Origin: Pelagomonas calceolata
Taxonomy: Eukaryota
DNA: 64,000 nt
Assembly: GCA_918797485.1 (NCBI GenBank)
Contig: CAKKNE010000006.1
Location: 744,001 to 808,000 of the forward strand
Direction of reading: 5' to 3'
This document shows positions 31,145 to 41,877 of this stretch, in pieces. Positions within the stretch are counted from its first letter, which is position 1, and each line of letters begins with the position of its first letter. Under the pieces are notes generated by a model, which searched no databases, was not told the origin of the DNA, and worked only from the letters and a program-made list of their open reading frames with translations. The translations under genes were made by a program, and so were the position numbers.

Positions 31145-32344
31145 TTACTTAGCATCCCCCGACATCATCGCTTCCATCGCCTCGCGTAGGGAGCTCACGT
31201 CGCCCGGAGCTGTCTCTTCGCGCCAATATCCATCACGACGGAGCGCTGCTCGCGACGCTTCCACCTCGTGCTCAACACCCATCACGAACGGGTTGGTGCC
31301 ACCGAGCACGCGCCGCGCGGTCCGTTCCAAGTCCTCGAGCCTCGTCACGGCCTCGCGGACATCGTCGAGCGTGGCGGCCGGGTCCTTGCGGAGCGCCCGC
31401 GCGTAATTCCTCCTCATTCCGAGCGTAAGTGCATGACTCTCGCCGAGAACGCGTCGCGCCACGGGCATAGTTTTGTGCAGCAGCGATTTGGCTTGTTCGA
31501 AGTGTTGTAGATCCATGAGCCCTGACGCGTAGTTGCTGGCTGCTATGAGGGTGCTTTTATGCTCTTTTCCAGAGAGCTTCAAATGCCCGAAGTACACGCC
31601 TCCTCGCGTGCGTGTAGCCTGGTCTAGCCGCCCTACCTTTTTATACGCGATCGCAAGATTGCTCTGCGTGGTGAGCATACTCTCTTCGTCTGTAGGGCAA
31701 AGGTGCCGCACCAAAGCCAACTGCGTCTCTCTCACGGACAAAGCGTCCTCGTTGTGATCTGCGGAGGATAAGCCGTTCCCAAGCTGGTTTATCGCATAGA
31801 GCCGAGTCGAGTCTGTCTCCGGCCGCCCCGCATAAGTCTTCCAGCACGCCCACCCGAGCGCGCACCGCACGACGCCGTGGTACTTCTGCTCGCACAGACT
31901 GCACGAGTGCCACCGATTCAATTGCACCTTACGTTTAATGTCCAAATTGTTCTCCTCGGCCTCCTCGACCAAAATCTTCGCCTGCTCCGCCAGACACGAC
32001 ACGTGCGCGAAGCCCGCCGTCCCGCGGCACGCACACATGCGCACGAGGCCCTCCTTCGTCTTCCAATGCACGGCCTGCGTGCAGATGTAGCACGTCTGGC
32101 CCTTGGTGTCCTCCGCGCACGCCTTCGCCGCGACCGCTACGGCCTCCGTATACTTCGTATTTGCGTTGTATTGCTCGGCGCCGCCTGCTTTCTTTATTTT
32201 CTTACAGATATTATCGTGGCCACCCTCTTTCCAGTGCTGCACCTGGCATTCAGGCCCACAGTAGCGCGTGCTGCAGCGGCCGCATTTCTTGCCCAAGGAT
32301 AAGCCAAGCTCGGTGGCGCAGACGGCGCACTGCGTGAGGATCAT
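31145..32344 (-). CDS. MYND zinc finger + RING-CH + TPR protein (copy 1)
   Basis: CAVC...CGRC..RYCGPECQVQHWKEGGH; CYIC...CACRGTAGFAHVSCL...CSLC; kinesin-light-chain-like TPRs (ARRVLGESH). Confidence 0.88.
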   Translation of the reverse strand: MILTQCAVCATELGLSLGKKCGRCSTRYCGPECQVQHWKEGGHDNICKKIKKAGGAEQYNANTKYTEAVAVAAKACAEDTKGQTCYICTQAVHWKTKEGLVRMCACRGTAGFAHVSCLAEQAKILVEEAEENNLDIKRKVQLNRWHSCSLCEQKYHGVVRCALGWACWKTYAGRPETDSTRLYAINQLGNGLSSADHNEDALSVRETQLALVRHLCPTDEESMLTTQSNLAIAYKKVGRLDQATRTRGGVYFGHLKLSGKEHKSTLIAASNYASGLMDLQHFEQAKSLLHKTMPVARRVLGESHALTLGMRRNYARALRKDPAATLDDVREAVTRLEDLERTARRVLGGTNPFVMGVEHEVEASRAALRRDGYWREETAPGDVSSLREAMEAMMSGDAK

Positions 32345-32602
32345 CTTGTATATGGGCAAATCGCTCGGGGGCAGGGATGAGGCAGGCGATGCATAGCCCA
32401 GCTGTGATGCCATTCCTAGTGTCTTACTGGACGCTAGCTGGAGCTTGCGCCAACCACACGCATATCGCCGCGAACCGGGGTCCGTCGCGGGCCCCAGGCC
32501 TCGCCGCGGGAGCACTGGGGCGGCGGCGGGGAATTTGGTATCGCCGCGCGGGACGCCGTCGCGCGAGTTGGAGGCTTGAGTTCTACTACAGATAATCACT
32601 TC

Positions 32603-33787
32603 TTAAGCATCTCCCGGCGTCATCGCTTCGACGGCTCCGCAGATGGAGCTCACATCGCCCGACGCTGCCTCTTCGTGGGCGCGGAGCGCGGCTCGCGCCT
32701 TTTGCAGGCCCTTCTCAATCCCCCCTGTGATCGGGTGCGCGCCACCAAGCACGCGCCGCGCGGTCTGCTCCGTCTCCTCGAGCGTCGACACGGCTTCGCG
32801 GAGCCCGGCGAGCGAGGCGCCGGCGTCCTTGTAGAGCGTTTCCGCGTAATTCCACCTCATCCTGAGCGTGTAATCGTGCGACGCCCCGAGAACGCGCCGC
32901 GCCACGGGCATCATCTTGCGCAGCAAGGCCTTTGCTTCTTCGAAGCGCTTTAGCTTCACGAGGGAGATCGCATAGTTGAGGGCTGCTCGGAGGGTGTCTT
33001 CATGTTCCACGCCCTCGAGCCTCAAATATCCAGAGTATACGTCTCCAATCATGCGGCTGGCCTCTTCAAACCGTCCAAGCCCTTGATACGTGATCGCAAG
33101 ATTGGTCTGCGCGACGAGCATGCGATCTTCCCGTGCGCCAACGCGCCGCAGTATAGACAACTCGGTCTCTTTCACGGATAACGCGGCCTCGTGGTGTTTT
33201 GCAGCGCCTAGACAGTTCCCAAGTTGCCCCATCGCGCTGATATGAGCATTGTGCACCTCCGGTCGCCCAACGTACGTCTTCCAGCACGCCCACCCGAGCG
33301 CGCACGCCACGACGCCGTGGTAATCCTGCTCGCACAAGCTGCACCTGCCCCACCGATCCCACCTCGCCTGCTTCACCTTTACGTGCAAATTGTTCTCCTC
33401 GGCCTCCGCGAACAAAATCTTCGCCTGCTCCGCGAGACACGACACGTGCGCGAACCCCGCCGTCCCGCGGCACGCGCACCCGCGGACGAGACCCTCCTTC
33501 GTTTTCCAATGCACGGCCTGCGTGCAGATGTAGCACGTCTGGCCCTTGGTGTCCTCGGCGCACGCCTCCGCCGCGACCGCTACGGCCTCCGTATACTTCG
33601 TATTTGCGTTGTATTGCTCTGCGCCGCCTGCTTTCTTTATTTTCTTACAGAGATTATCGTGGCCACCCTCTTTCCAGTGCTGCACCTGGCAGGCCGGTCC
33701 GCAGTAGCGGGTGCTGCAGCGGCCGCATTTCTTGCCCAAGGATAAGCCAAGCTCGGTGGCGCAGACGGCGCACTGCGTGAGGATCAT
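32603..33787 (-). CDS. MYND zinc finger + RING-CH + TPR protein (copy 2)
   Basis: Same architecture as copy 1; N-terminal part nearly identical. Confidence 0.88.
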   Translation of the reverse strand: MILTQCAVCATELGLSLGKKCGRCSTRYCGPACQVQHWKEGGHDNLCKKIKKAGGAEQYNANTKYTEAVAVAAEACAEDTKGQTCYICTQAVHWKTKEGLVRGCACRGTAGFAHVSCLAEQAKILFAEAEENNLHVKVKQARWDRWGRCSLCEQDYHGVVACALGWACWKTYVGRPEVHNAHISAMGQLGNCLGAAKHHEAALSVKETELSILRRVGAREDRMLVAQTNLAITYQGLGRFEEASRMIGDVYSGYLRLEGVEHEDTLRAALNYAISLVKLKRFEEAKALLRKMMPVARRVLGASHDYTLRMRWNYAETLYKDAGASLAGLREAVSTLEETEQTARRVLGGAHPITGGIEKGLQKARAALRAHEEAASGDVSSICGAVEAMTPGDA

Positions 33788-34065
33788 ATTTTCTGTGGTC
33801 TGATTGCTCGGGGGCAGCCCTGCGATGCAAATTAATTTTGCTCAAGCCAATACCATTCCAAGTGTCTTACTGGACGCTAGCTGCCAAAGTTCGGGGTCCG
33901 TACAACCTGGGGGTGGGTTCAATAAGTGGCGCTCTCTCTCTCTCGCCAAAAATCAGTTAGCTATCACCCACACGCGGTCTTGAGCGGCAACCAGCCTATA
34001 CGAGTCCGTCTTGATCGAGAGACAGACCCCCACGCCTCCGCCGCGAGATAAAGAACACCTATACG

Positions 34066-36118
34066 TTACAACCCCAGCGCCGCCGCGCAGGCCCGAGCCC
34101 GAGACTTCACCTCCGCGTCGCCGAAATAGTCCAGCGCCGCCCGTCGGTACTCGGCGAGCGTCTCTGAATCGGTCGCGTCGATGGCGTCGTTGTCGACCCT
34201 AGGAGAAAACCGGAAGTACGTGTCCGACGGCGCCAGGTCCAGCAGGGCGTCGTGGATCAGAGTTGTTGATGTAGCACTATCAATTAACTGCGAGACGATG
34301 TTGTCCCAGGAGATGTCCCCATCGACGATGCGCTCGTCCAGAGATGGTGTTCTTTCTCCAGTACCCACACTTACAACAGCGTCGACCTTGATACCTGGGA
34401 ATAAACGAGCCGCTTCATGTAGAGCTACTGCCGCAGGATTATTTGCTTGTATGGCTCCGTCGCAGAAGACCTGGGATCTAATCTTGAGAGGAGTGAAGAG
34501 GGTAGGAGCCGCCGTGGCCGCCCGTAGGGCTTGTCTAAGTGGCAATCGAGCCGCGCCGGGGTAGCGCGACCCGGCCGGTAACTCATAGGATCTGAAGAGC
34601 GCTACTTTCGCCGGCCGCACACTTAGTAGAGTGGATAACAAGGCGACGTCGGGCCCATTCCCACCCGACGCACCCAACAGTTCATCATCTCCGAGCAATT
34701 CGTCAAAAACCCGCTCGATATGGCGCTCGTCGTACCTCGCCCTTCGTGTTAACAATCGAGCTTCGCCAGCCAACTCCTCCTTGACGAAGATCCTATCTAA
34801 TAATAATTCGTACATCTTCTCCGCTGTTTCGAGGGAGCAGTGCTTGGTGCCTAGCAATAAAGCTAGGATCGCACCTGTCGACGTTCCAACAACGAGGTCG
34901 AACACATCAGAAGGTTCTTTCCCGGGAAAGGCTACCTGCTGCAGTTGTTTCAGTAATTGCACTGTTACTACTCCTCTTGATCCTCCACCGTCCAACGCGA
35001 GGATGCGGATACCTCGTTGTTTCGAGGGTCGTCGGTAGCCGAGAGCATGTGCTAATTTGGCACCTAGCATGTGTTCGTCTTCGGCTTGTTTCGACGAGAG
35101 TAGGCCTCTAGTGTCCGTCGCGTTCGTGCCTGGCGGTCCTGCGGATTCATATACAGCACAAGCGGCCTCGGCCCGTGATCGCGCTTCAGCCTTCTTGTCA
35201 TGTTTTCTTTGATACGTTAATCTACGTTGGCAGTAGGCGTCTACTCTAGGTTGTTGTCTGAGAGCCGCTTTGGCCTGCGTGGGATACGTCGGCACGCCGC
35301 CGCCGCGACGCGAAGGGACACCGGACACGTACGGAAGCGGCCCCCGGCGCGCCCGGCGCCGTCGCCGCCAAGGCCAGCCGCGCCGCGGCGACGCGCCGCC
35401 GCGCGCCGCCCCGCAATAAATTCGAGACGGCCTTCGAGAGCTGTTTCGCGTCGACGACGGGCGTCATGCCCTCGTCCGTCAGCGTGCTCGTGCCTCGCAC
35501 CAAATCTCGACCCGTCGCGGTATCATCTAGTGTGATGAGACCGGCCAAGGCCTCCGCCGCCCGCACGGCGCGGTCCGCGCGTTTCTGCCGCCCGGGCAGC
35601 CACCATTGTATTGATTTCGCGGCTTTGAGGAGTGTCGGTGCGAGAGAACCTCTACCTCTTGCCGAGGACACGTCCGCTGAGGATCGAGCGGCAGAAGCGG
35701 CAGCGATGGCCGCGTCGACCGCTAAGCCCGGTCGTAAGGATGAAGCCGCTCTCACAGCTGCGTCGACGGAGAGCTCCGCGTGTTTCGTGTGCTCTTGGAC
35801 GGGTGCCGGTTTGAGGGTCACGGGAGCATCACTCAACGAGTAGGCCTCGACGGACAGCTCCGCGTCGAGGACGGACCGCCGCTCCGATGTGGCGTGTCCG
35901 GTTAACAACTCGTTGTGTTTTGAGTGGTGGAGCACTTCGTCTCTGTTTCGTTGTATGTCGTCGACGTCGTCGACGTCCTCGTGGATGGTCGTTGTTGGGG
36001 CTTTCAGCCAGGAGGCGACGTCGAAGTTGAAGCCTTTCGTGGCTGCGAGGCGCGTGGGCTGGCGCAGCGCCGCGCAGTTTTGCAGCAGTAGCAGTGCCAC
36101 TGCTGCTAATTTTGCCAT
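34066..36118 (-). CDS. Patatin-like phospholipase (PNPLA8/iPLA2-gamma-like), probably plastid-targeted; exons 36118-35333 and 35274-34066
   Basis: DGGGSRG, GTSTG, AAPTLF and DGAIQANNP motifs; signal plus transit-like N-terminus. A 58-nt GT-AG intron at 35275-35332 joins the ORFs. Confidence 0.85.
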
Positions 36119-36356
36119 CTGCGTCGCTAGCGGTCCCGTTTTGCACTGTGATTCGATAGATTTGATTGCAGTCTGTCGATGAACGAGTCCTGTTGTCGCG
36201 TCGATGCTTGCGCGGTCGGTTTCAGGGTCGGTGCGTTTTGGAACACAGCTGAATTTTGAGTCTTTGCGAAGCCTCGCAACGCCACTCAACGTGTCCCAGG
36301 GCGGCTCGAGAGGCGTCCAGAAGGTCGAACACGCGCCGGCACGTCCAGCCTGGATT

Positions 36357-36379
36357 GCTAGTGTGTTCATGCCGCTAGC
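36357..36379 (+). promoter_or_regulatory. CTAG-flanked intergenic motif copy (GCTAGTGTGTTCATGCCGCTAGC)
   Basis: Lies between divergent genes. Confidence 0.45.
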
Positions 36380-36568
36380 TAATCATTTGCCAAAAATCGT
36401 GAAGGCCCTCGATCATTGCATTGCGGTGGCTATCTGGCTGCGTTGTTGCAAGTAGTGTTCACTTCACTGTCACTGCTTCACAGCTGCAGCGACTGCGACC
36501 ATCGCTGCGTGCATTGAGGCCGCCTGTGCGACCCGAAAACAACACACGTGGACCGCAGCACTGCAGAG

Positions 36569-37000
36569 ATGCGTCGCTTTGCAGCATTCGCCGTCCTGGC
36601 CCTCGCGGCGCTGGCGTGCGCAGACGAGGAGGCCGGCGGCGGCAAGCGGCGGCGCCGGAAGCGCCCTGGCGCGGGCGGCGCACCAGGCAAGGCGGCCGCC
36701 CTAGCCGCCAAGCGACGCGCCGGCGGCGCCCCGAGCCCGCCGGCGGCGGCGCGCGGCGGCAAGGGCGGCAAGCGCGCCGGCCGGCCCGACCCCGAGGCCA
36801 TGATCGGTTTGTTAAAAGCCTACAAAGAAGCCAATGGCCACATGAACGTGCCGCTCGACCACACGGCGGAGCTCGAGGGTCGCGAGAAGCCCGTGCGGTT
36901 AGGCAGGTGGCTCGCGGCCGTCCGCAAGAACGCGGCCAAAGTGAAGCCTGAAAGAGTCGCGGCGTTGGACGCCGTCGATCCCAAGTGGCGCGGCGACTAA
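36569..37000 (+). CDS. Small protein with signal peptide and helicase-associated (HA) domain
   Basis: MRRFAAFAVLALAALACA; LKAYKEANGHMNVP...LGRWLAAVRK...ERVAALDAV. Confidence 0.75.
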   Translation: MRRFAAFAVLALAALACADEEAGGGKRRRRKRPGAGGAPGKAAALAAKRRAGGAPSPPAAARGGKGGKRAGRPDPEAMIGLLKAYKEANGHMNVPLDHTAELEGREKPVRLGRWLAAVRKNAAKVKPERVAALDAVDPKWRGD

Positions 37001-37510
37001 GTATTGTGTTTACTCGTTCATATGCGTGCCCGACCAGGCGGCGCTCGGCGAGTCCGTGAGGTCCGACGCCGGCGAGGCCCAGCGCGCCTGCGTGACGGCT
37101 TGAGATACGCTCCGGCGCCGCCGGTGGCGGTCGCCCGGATGCTGGGGCGACGCCTCCCACGAGTCCTCTTCGTCCACGGTTCGCGGCACGCGCTTGCTCG
37201 CGCTCGCCTCGCGGGCATTGCGCGGCTTCGGCGTCGGCTCCACGGTCTCCCAGGCCGACGACGCGTCGCTCGCGCCGCGGGATGGACCGTTGGTGGCGTT
37301 GGCCTGCGACGCCGGCTCACGGTGACGAACCGCGACTCGGCGACGATGGACGAGGCCGAGCAGGCGCTGGGCCTGAAGGCGTCGAAGGACTAGGCGCCGC
37401 TCCGTTCCCTTTCCCCATCCCCTTCCTAACATACGGAGTGTTCATTTCGCTTGTTTGGGGGCGGCGTCGACGGCGCACTGAGGGAGGATAGATACAAACT
37501 TGGAGACTAA

Positions 37511-38365
37511 CTAGTGTGCGCTGAGGGCGATGCCGTCGCCAGGAAGGCGAGCTTTCGCCGGGCGGCGCGGCTCGGCCGTCGCCGCGCCCGAATCATCGTA
37601 GCCGAGGGCTCGCATGCTTTCTCCGCACGTCGCGAGGACGAAGGCGCGCTGGTCCGCCGAGAAATTCGCGAGGCCCGCGCCGACGCGGCCCGAGCGCCTC
37701 GCGCGCGCGAGGGCCGTCGGGCGCATCGCGGCTTTTTGCGGGATCGGAGCGCCGAGTGCCAAACCGAGAGCTGCGACGCGCTCGACGGCGGCGTCACGGG
37801 CCTCGCCAGCCGCAACAATATCCTCGAACCGAACAACGTCCGCACCGGCGGCGAGCCAGTGGTCGTGGAACGCGGCCCAGGACCGCGCATGTCCCCGCAC
37901 GTGCGCGTCCCAGCTGGCAGGCTCGCGTCGGCGGCTCGTCCGCTCGTGGGAGCGCGTCGCGAGAAAGTGCCACATACTCTCGATGGCGTCGAAGGGGTTG
38001 CGCGCCACGACGACGGCCGCGGCAACGCGCAAATGCCGTCCTCGCCTCTCGGGCCAATGCGACTTGATGCACCAGCAGTCGACGCGCCCCTCGCCTCTCA
38101 GTCCGACCGCGCGGAGTCTGAAGACCAAGGGCCAAGCGAGCGAGCCATCCGAGCCCGTGCAGAGGCCCGTGCGTTGTTCAAGTAGGAGGCGCATTAACGT
38201 CGAGCCGGAGCGCGGGAACGACACGAGCCCGACGCGGCCCCGCAGCGCCGCGAACTCCCTTCGCTTTAGTCGCCGCGCCCCGTGTCGGTAGCGCACGAGC
38301 TTGCAGAGCGACACGAGGCGCGAGCCGCAATCGAAACATGCGTGCGGGCCGCAGTATAATGCCAT
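37511..38365 (-). CDS. Sulfotransferase-domain protein
   Basis: 5'-PSB motif LVSFPRSGST, IKSHW, 3'-PB motif ARNPFDAIES, and VRFED. Confidence 0.85.
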   Translation of the reverse strand: MALYCGPHACFDCGSRLVSLCKLVRYRHGARRLKRREFAALRGRVGLVSFPRSGSTLMRLLLEQRTGLCTGSDGSLAWPLVFRLRAVGLRGEGRVDCWCIKSHWPERRGRHLRVAAAVVVARNPFDAIESMWHFLATRSHERTSRRREPASWDAHVRGHARSWAAFHDHWLAAGADVVRFEDIVAAGEARDAAVERVAALGLALGAPIPQKAAMRPTALARARRSGRVGAGLANFSADQRAFVLATCGESMRALGYDDSGAATAEPRRPAKARLPGDGIALSAH

Positions 38366-38607
38366 GGCAGTGCTGCAATTAGCTCATTATTGTCGACAGC
38401 TACGACACATCACCGTGCAGCGACGATTCATGGTAATGCGACACACATGGGCTGCCTTGGGCTGCCCGCGGGCCGTGTGGCTGAGAGCATGACCTAGGTA
38501 GTAACATACTAGATCACAGCGGCCGCATTTGCGCAACAGTGGCAAAACAGAGCAAAGGGCAGCCCATTTCCCTCCATGCATCGTCAGACTTAGTGCCCGG
38601 TCCGTAT

Positions 38608-40278
38608 ATGGACGACGATCCAAGTCTCCTCGACCCTGCGACCAGCACCATGTCTTTGCTCCTAATGGGTGGGGCAGCGCTGGGCCTGGGCGCATTCGTA
38701 CTGCGGCGCTACCGGCGCAAGGCCAAGCGGGAGCCGGCGGCGAGCAGTGTCTGGGACCTAGAGGGCGGCGGCGTGCCGCTGGAGCCGCGACTACACCGCC
38801 GCGTCCACGCGCCGGTCGACGCCTACGCGGCGGCGCCGCGGAGCCCGGCGCGGCACCCGGCGGCGCCGACGGTCGCCGTGGCGCCGCCGCCGCGGCCAGC
38901 ACCGCCACAGCCAACGCCACCGCGCCAGATCGGCCAACTGTCCGCGAAGCGGCTGCCGCCGGCGCGGGGCAAGTTCTCGCCCGAGCCCTACGCGTACACG
39001 CCGCCGGCAGCCGCGCCGCCGGCGCCCAAAGTCTCGGCGCAGCGACTTACCGCTCCTCGCCCGCCGCCGCCGCCTGCGCGGGCGCCGCCGCCGCCGCCTC
39101 CACCCGTACAGGCGCCGCAAATGATGCAGCCGCCGCCGCCGCCCCTGCCGCCACCCGTGCAAGCGCCGCGACCTCAACTCCAAGCGCCGCCGCCGCCGCC
39201 CCCTGCGCCGCAGATACCACCGCCGCCGCCACCACCGCCGGCGCCGCGGCCGCAATTACAAGCGCCGCCGCCGCCACAACCGGTTATGCCAGCGCCGTGG
39301 CCGCAGCATGCGCCGCCACGCCCCACGCCCGCCGCACTCGCCGCGCCGCGCGAGCCGCCGCAGCAGGCGCCGCCGCAACCCGCGCCGCCGCCACGCGATC
39401 CGCCACGTCCGTACGCTCCAGCCGAGCACCGGGACGACGCGGAAATTGCTATGGATGAGCTTGAGATCCTTGAGAGAATAGGCGGCGGCGCCTTCGGGCA
39501 GGTGCACCGCGGGCGGTTTCGCGCTACAGAAGTTGCAGTCAAATTGGTGCCCCGAACGTCCCCGCAAGAACTCAAGCAGTTCCGGGCCGAGGCGGCCATG
39601 CTCGCGCGCCTGCGCCACCCGAACGTGTGCCTGTTCATGGGCGCCTGCTTCGATGAACAGGCACCGCACTGGGCTTTAGTTACCGAGTACATCAGTCAAG
39701 GAAGCTTGTGGGATGCTTTGAGAGACCCCCGCGGCGACCGAGCCTGGCCCCTCGGCCGACGGTATAGGGTAGGCGCGGGCATCGCGCGGGGCCTCGCCTA
39801 CCTCCACGCGCACCGGCCGCCCGTGCTCCATCGCGACGTCAAGAGCCCGAACGTCTTGGTCGACGTGGGGGACGTGGCCAAGCTCTGCGACGTCGGCCTG
39901 GCGCGGAACGCGGGCCTCGGCGACGCGAGTAGAGCGGCGATGACAGCGGGATGTGGCACGCCGCAGTGGATGGCTCCGGAAGTTCTCCAGGCCGAACCCT
40001 ATAATGAGGCTGCCGACGTCTACGCTTTAGGTATTGTGCTCTGGGAGGTGGCGACCAGGAGGTGCCCCTACGACGACGCTCCCGACCTGGCCGGCGTGGC
40101 GCTGGCCATGCGCGTCGTCCGCGACGGGCTGCGGCCGTCCATTCCGGAGGGAAGTGATGGAGGTTTGATGGGTCTCGCGAAGGCGTGCTGGGCGTCAGAT
40201 GCTGCGGCTCGCCCGTCGGCCGCCCAGGCGCTCGAGCATTTGGAGCGGTCGACGCCGCGCGCGCGGCGGATGTTCTAA
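38608..40278 (+). CDS. Membrane-anchored Pro-rich TKL (Raf/CTR1-like) kinase
   Basis: N-terminal TM helix, long polyproline linker, GGGAFG, VAVK, HRDVKSPN, DVG in place of DFG, and GTPQWMAPE. Confidence 0.9.
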   Translation: MDDDPSLLDPATSTMSLLLMGGAALGLGAFVLRRYRRKAKREPAASSVWDLEGGGVPLEPRLHRRVHAPVDAYAAAPRSPARHPAAPTVAVAPPPRPAPPQPTPPRQIGQLSAKRLPPARGKFSPEPYAYTPPAAAPPAPKVSAQRLTAPRPPPPPARAPPPPPPPVQAPQMMQPPPPPLPPPVQAPRPQLQAPPPPPPAPQIPPPPPPPPAPRPQLQAPPPPQPVMPAPWPQHAPPRPTPAALAAPREPPQQAPPQPAPPPRDPPRPYAPAEHRDDAEIAMDELEILERIGGGAFGQVHRGRFRATEVAVKLVPRTSPQELKQFRAEAAMLARLRHPNVCLFMGACFDEQAPHWALVTEYISQGSLWDALRDPRGDRAWPLGRRYRVGAGIARGLAYLHAHRPPVLHRDVKSPNVLVDVGDVAKLCDVGLARNAGLGDASRAAMTAGCGTPQWMAPEVLQAEPYNEAADVYALGIVLWEVATRRCPYDDAPDLAGVALAMRVVRDGLRPSIPEGSDGGLMGLAKACWASDAAARPSAAQALEHLERSTPRARRMF

Positions 40279-40779
40279 GTTGGGGGTATTGTGTGTCTAT
40301 CTCATGTGGTTCATCCGTCGCGTCGATGGCGTCAAGGTGGAACCTCGACGCTCGGTCGGCCCGCGCGCTCAGGCTGCCGCAGCGCGCCCCGGGCCAGGAT
40401 GCGTCGCCTGCGCGTCGTAGGCGTCCGGGGTTGTTCTTTGGTGCGCTCGAAGGCTGGCCCGCGCGGAGATTTCCAACCCGTACGTTAGGGAAGTCTGCTT
40501 GCTTGTGTCTTTATTTGCTTTGTGCTACGCCATTTGTGGTTTTGCCAGCGGTCTGAGTGCATCACAAGCTTTCCAAGTCACCGCTGCGCCAACAAGTGCT
40601 GAACCTTTGTGCAGTAACGTGCGGCACACCTCATTATCAGCATTACCATCCCACTGCTCTATTGAGTGCACTGCATCGCGTGGTCACCGAACGCGTCTAA
40701 AAACCACTTCAGTCGCTGTATATTACGTGTGCAGCAACGGCTTGAAACCATATTAAAATTTGTACCACAACTCGCAACC

Positions 40780-41871
40780 ATGCGCTGCATCCTCATCCTC
40801 GCCACAACGCAAGCGCTGCAGCCGCCCGCGCCCCGCGCGCTCAGGCAACCGCTGCACGCGACGAGCAACGCCAGCGAGGACCCGCTCCAAACGCTCCAAA
40901 CGAACGTCGACGCGATCTGGTCCCTGCCTGGCACCGGGCCCGCGAACGTCCGGTCGCGCATGACGAGAGAACGCAAGGAAGCGACGCACGCGACGCTCTG
41001 GGGCAAAAAGGAGTGGGACCAGCAGATCGCCTATAGACACGGCCCGCACCGGCGCTACGCTAGAGTACTTGCCAGATCGATCTACTCGCCGCTCATGCGT
41101 GGTTTAGCCCCCACAATCGCGCTGCTCTCGGTGTGGTCGGTGTTCGTGTTTCAGAAAAAGCTGACGATCACGGCGAACGGCCTCGGCTTTTTAGCGAGCC
41201 CGATCGGGCTGTTACTCGCGTTTCGCGTGAACTCTTGTGTTTCGCGGTTCCACGCGGCGCGAGAGATGTGGGGCCGAATGACGTTTGCGTGTCGCGACGT
41301 CGCGTCGACGTTGTCCGCTTGTTCTGAAATCGATGCTGCGACGAAGGCGCGGTGCGGCGCGCTATTGGCGGCCTACGCGTGGTGCGCCAAGGCCGCGTCG
41401 ACCTTCGAGGAGGCTCCTTCACAAGTAGTGCGGACTTTACTCAATGAGGAGGATTCAACGACGGTGTTGAAGGCGCGCAAGCCCGCTCTGGCATGTCTGT
41501 CTCTGGTAAGAAAGGCGACGATCGCTTTGCCCTTAGGACACCACGTCGAGAAGGAGCTGTATCATTCGATCTCGGACCTCAACTTATTATACGGCGGCAT
41601 CGAACGACTCATCTCGACGCCCTTGGCGCCGATGTACATGCGCCACTATCAACGGGGCTTACTAGCTTGGTTGTTTTTACTACCGTGCGGTCTCACGAAG
41701 GCCGGCTGCTCGACGGCGCTGAAGTTAGTCTGCGTCGTCGCGTCGGCGGCCTATTTATTTCTGGGCATCGACGAGATCGGGTTACAAATAGAACAGCCGT
41801 TCTTCGTGATGCCAGTGCACGCGCTTGCCGAAGGATTGACTCGTGACGTCGTCGAGGAGTTACAACACTAA
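40780..41871 (+). CDS. Bestrophin-family (UPF0187/VCCN-like) anion channel, probably plastid-targeted
   Basis: GLLLAFRVN...RF..AR..WG, ERLISTPL and GIDEIGLQIEQPF motifs; bipartite-like presequence. Confidence 0.9.
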   Translation: MRCILILATTQALQPPAPRALRQPLHATSNASEDPLQTLQTNVDAIWSLPGTGPANVRSRMTRERKEATHATLWGKKEWDQQIAYRHGPHRRYARVLARSIYSPLMRGLAPTIALLSVWSVFVFQKKLTITANGLGFLASPIGLLLAFRVNSCVSRFHAAREMWGRMTFACRDVASTLSACSEIDAATKARCGALLAAYAWCAKAASTFEEAPSQVVRTLLNEEDSTTVLKARKPALACLSLVRKATIALPLGHHVEKELYHSISDLNLLYGGIERLISTPLAPMYMRHYQRGLLAWLFLLPCGLTKAGCSTALKLVCVVASAAYLFLGIDEIGLQIEQPFFVMPVHALAEGLTRDVVEELQH

Positions 41872-41877
41872 GTTTTA

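Larger units (their letters stand above)
31017..33883. repeat. Tandem duplication of a ~1.4-kb unit containing a MYND-RING-TPR gene and both flanks
   Basis: Units about 31017-32440 and 32486-33883 share the 3' flank (gagttctactacagataat), the coding region and the upstream motif agtgtcttactggacgctagctg. Confidence 0.9.

Noticed and set aside
32345..32599. N-terminal extension of the 484-aa ORF
   Set aside because: It runs through the duplicated non-coding flank; the paralogue starts at MILTQC.
34171..34188. Intron-type motif inside the patatin gene
   Set aside because: It encodes DAIDATD in a continuous frame with no splice signals; treated as chance.
37004..37432. ORFs on both strands between the HA-domain and sulfotransferase genes
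   Set aside because: No recognisable domain or consistent coding frame; possibly a decayed fragment.
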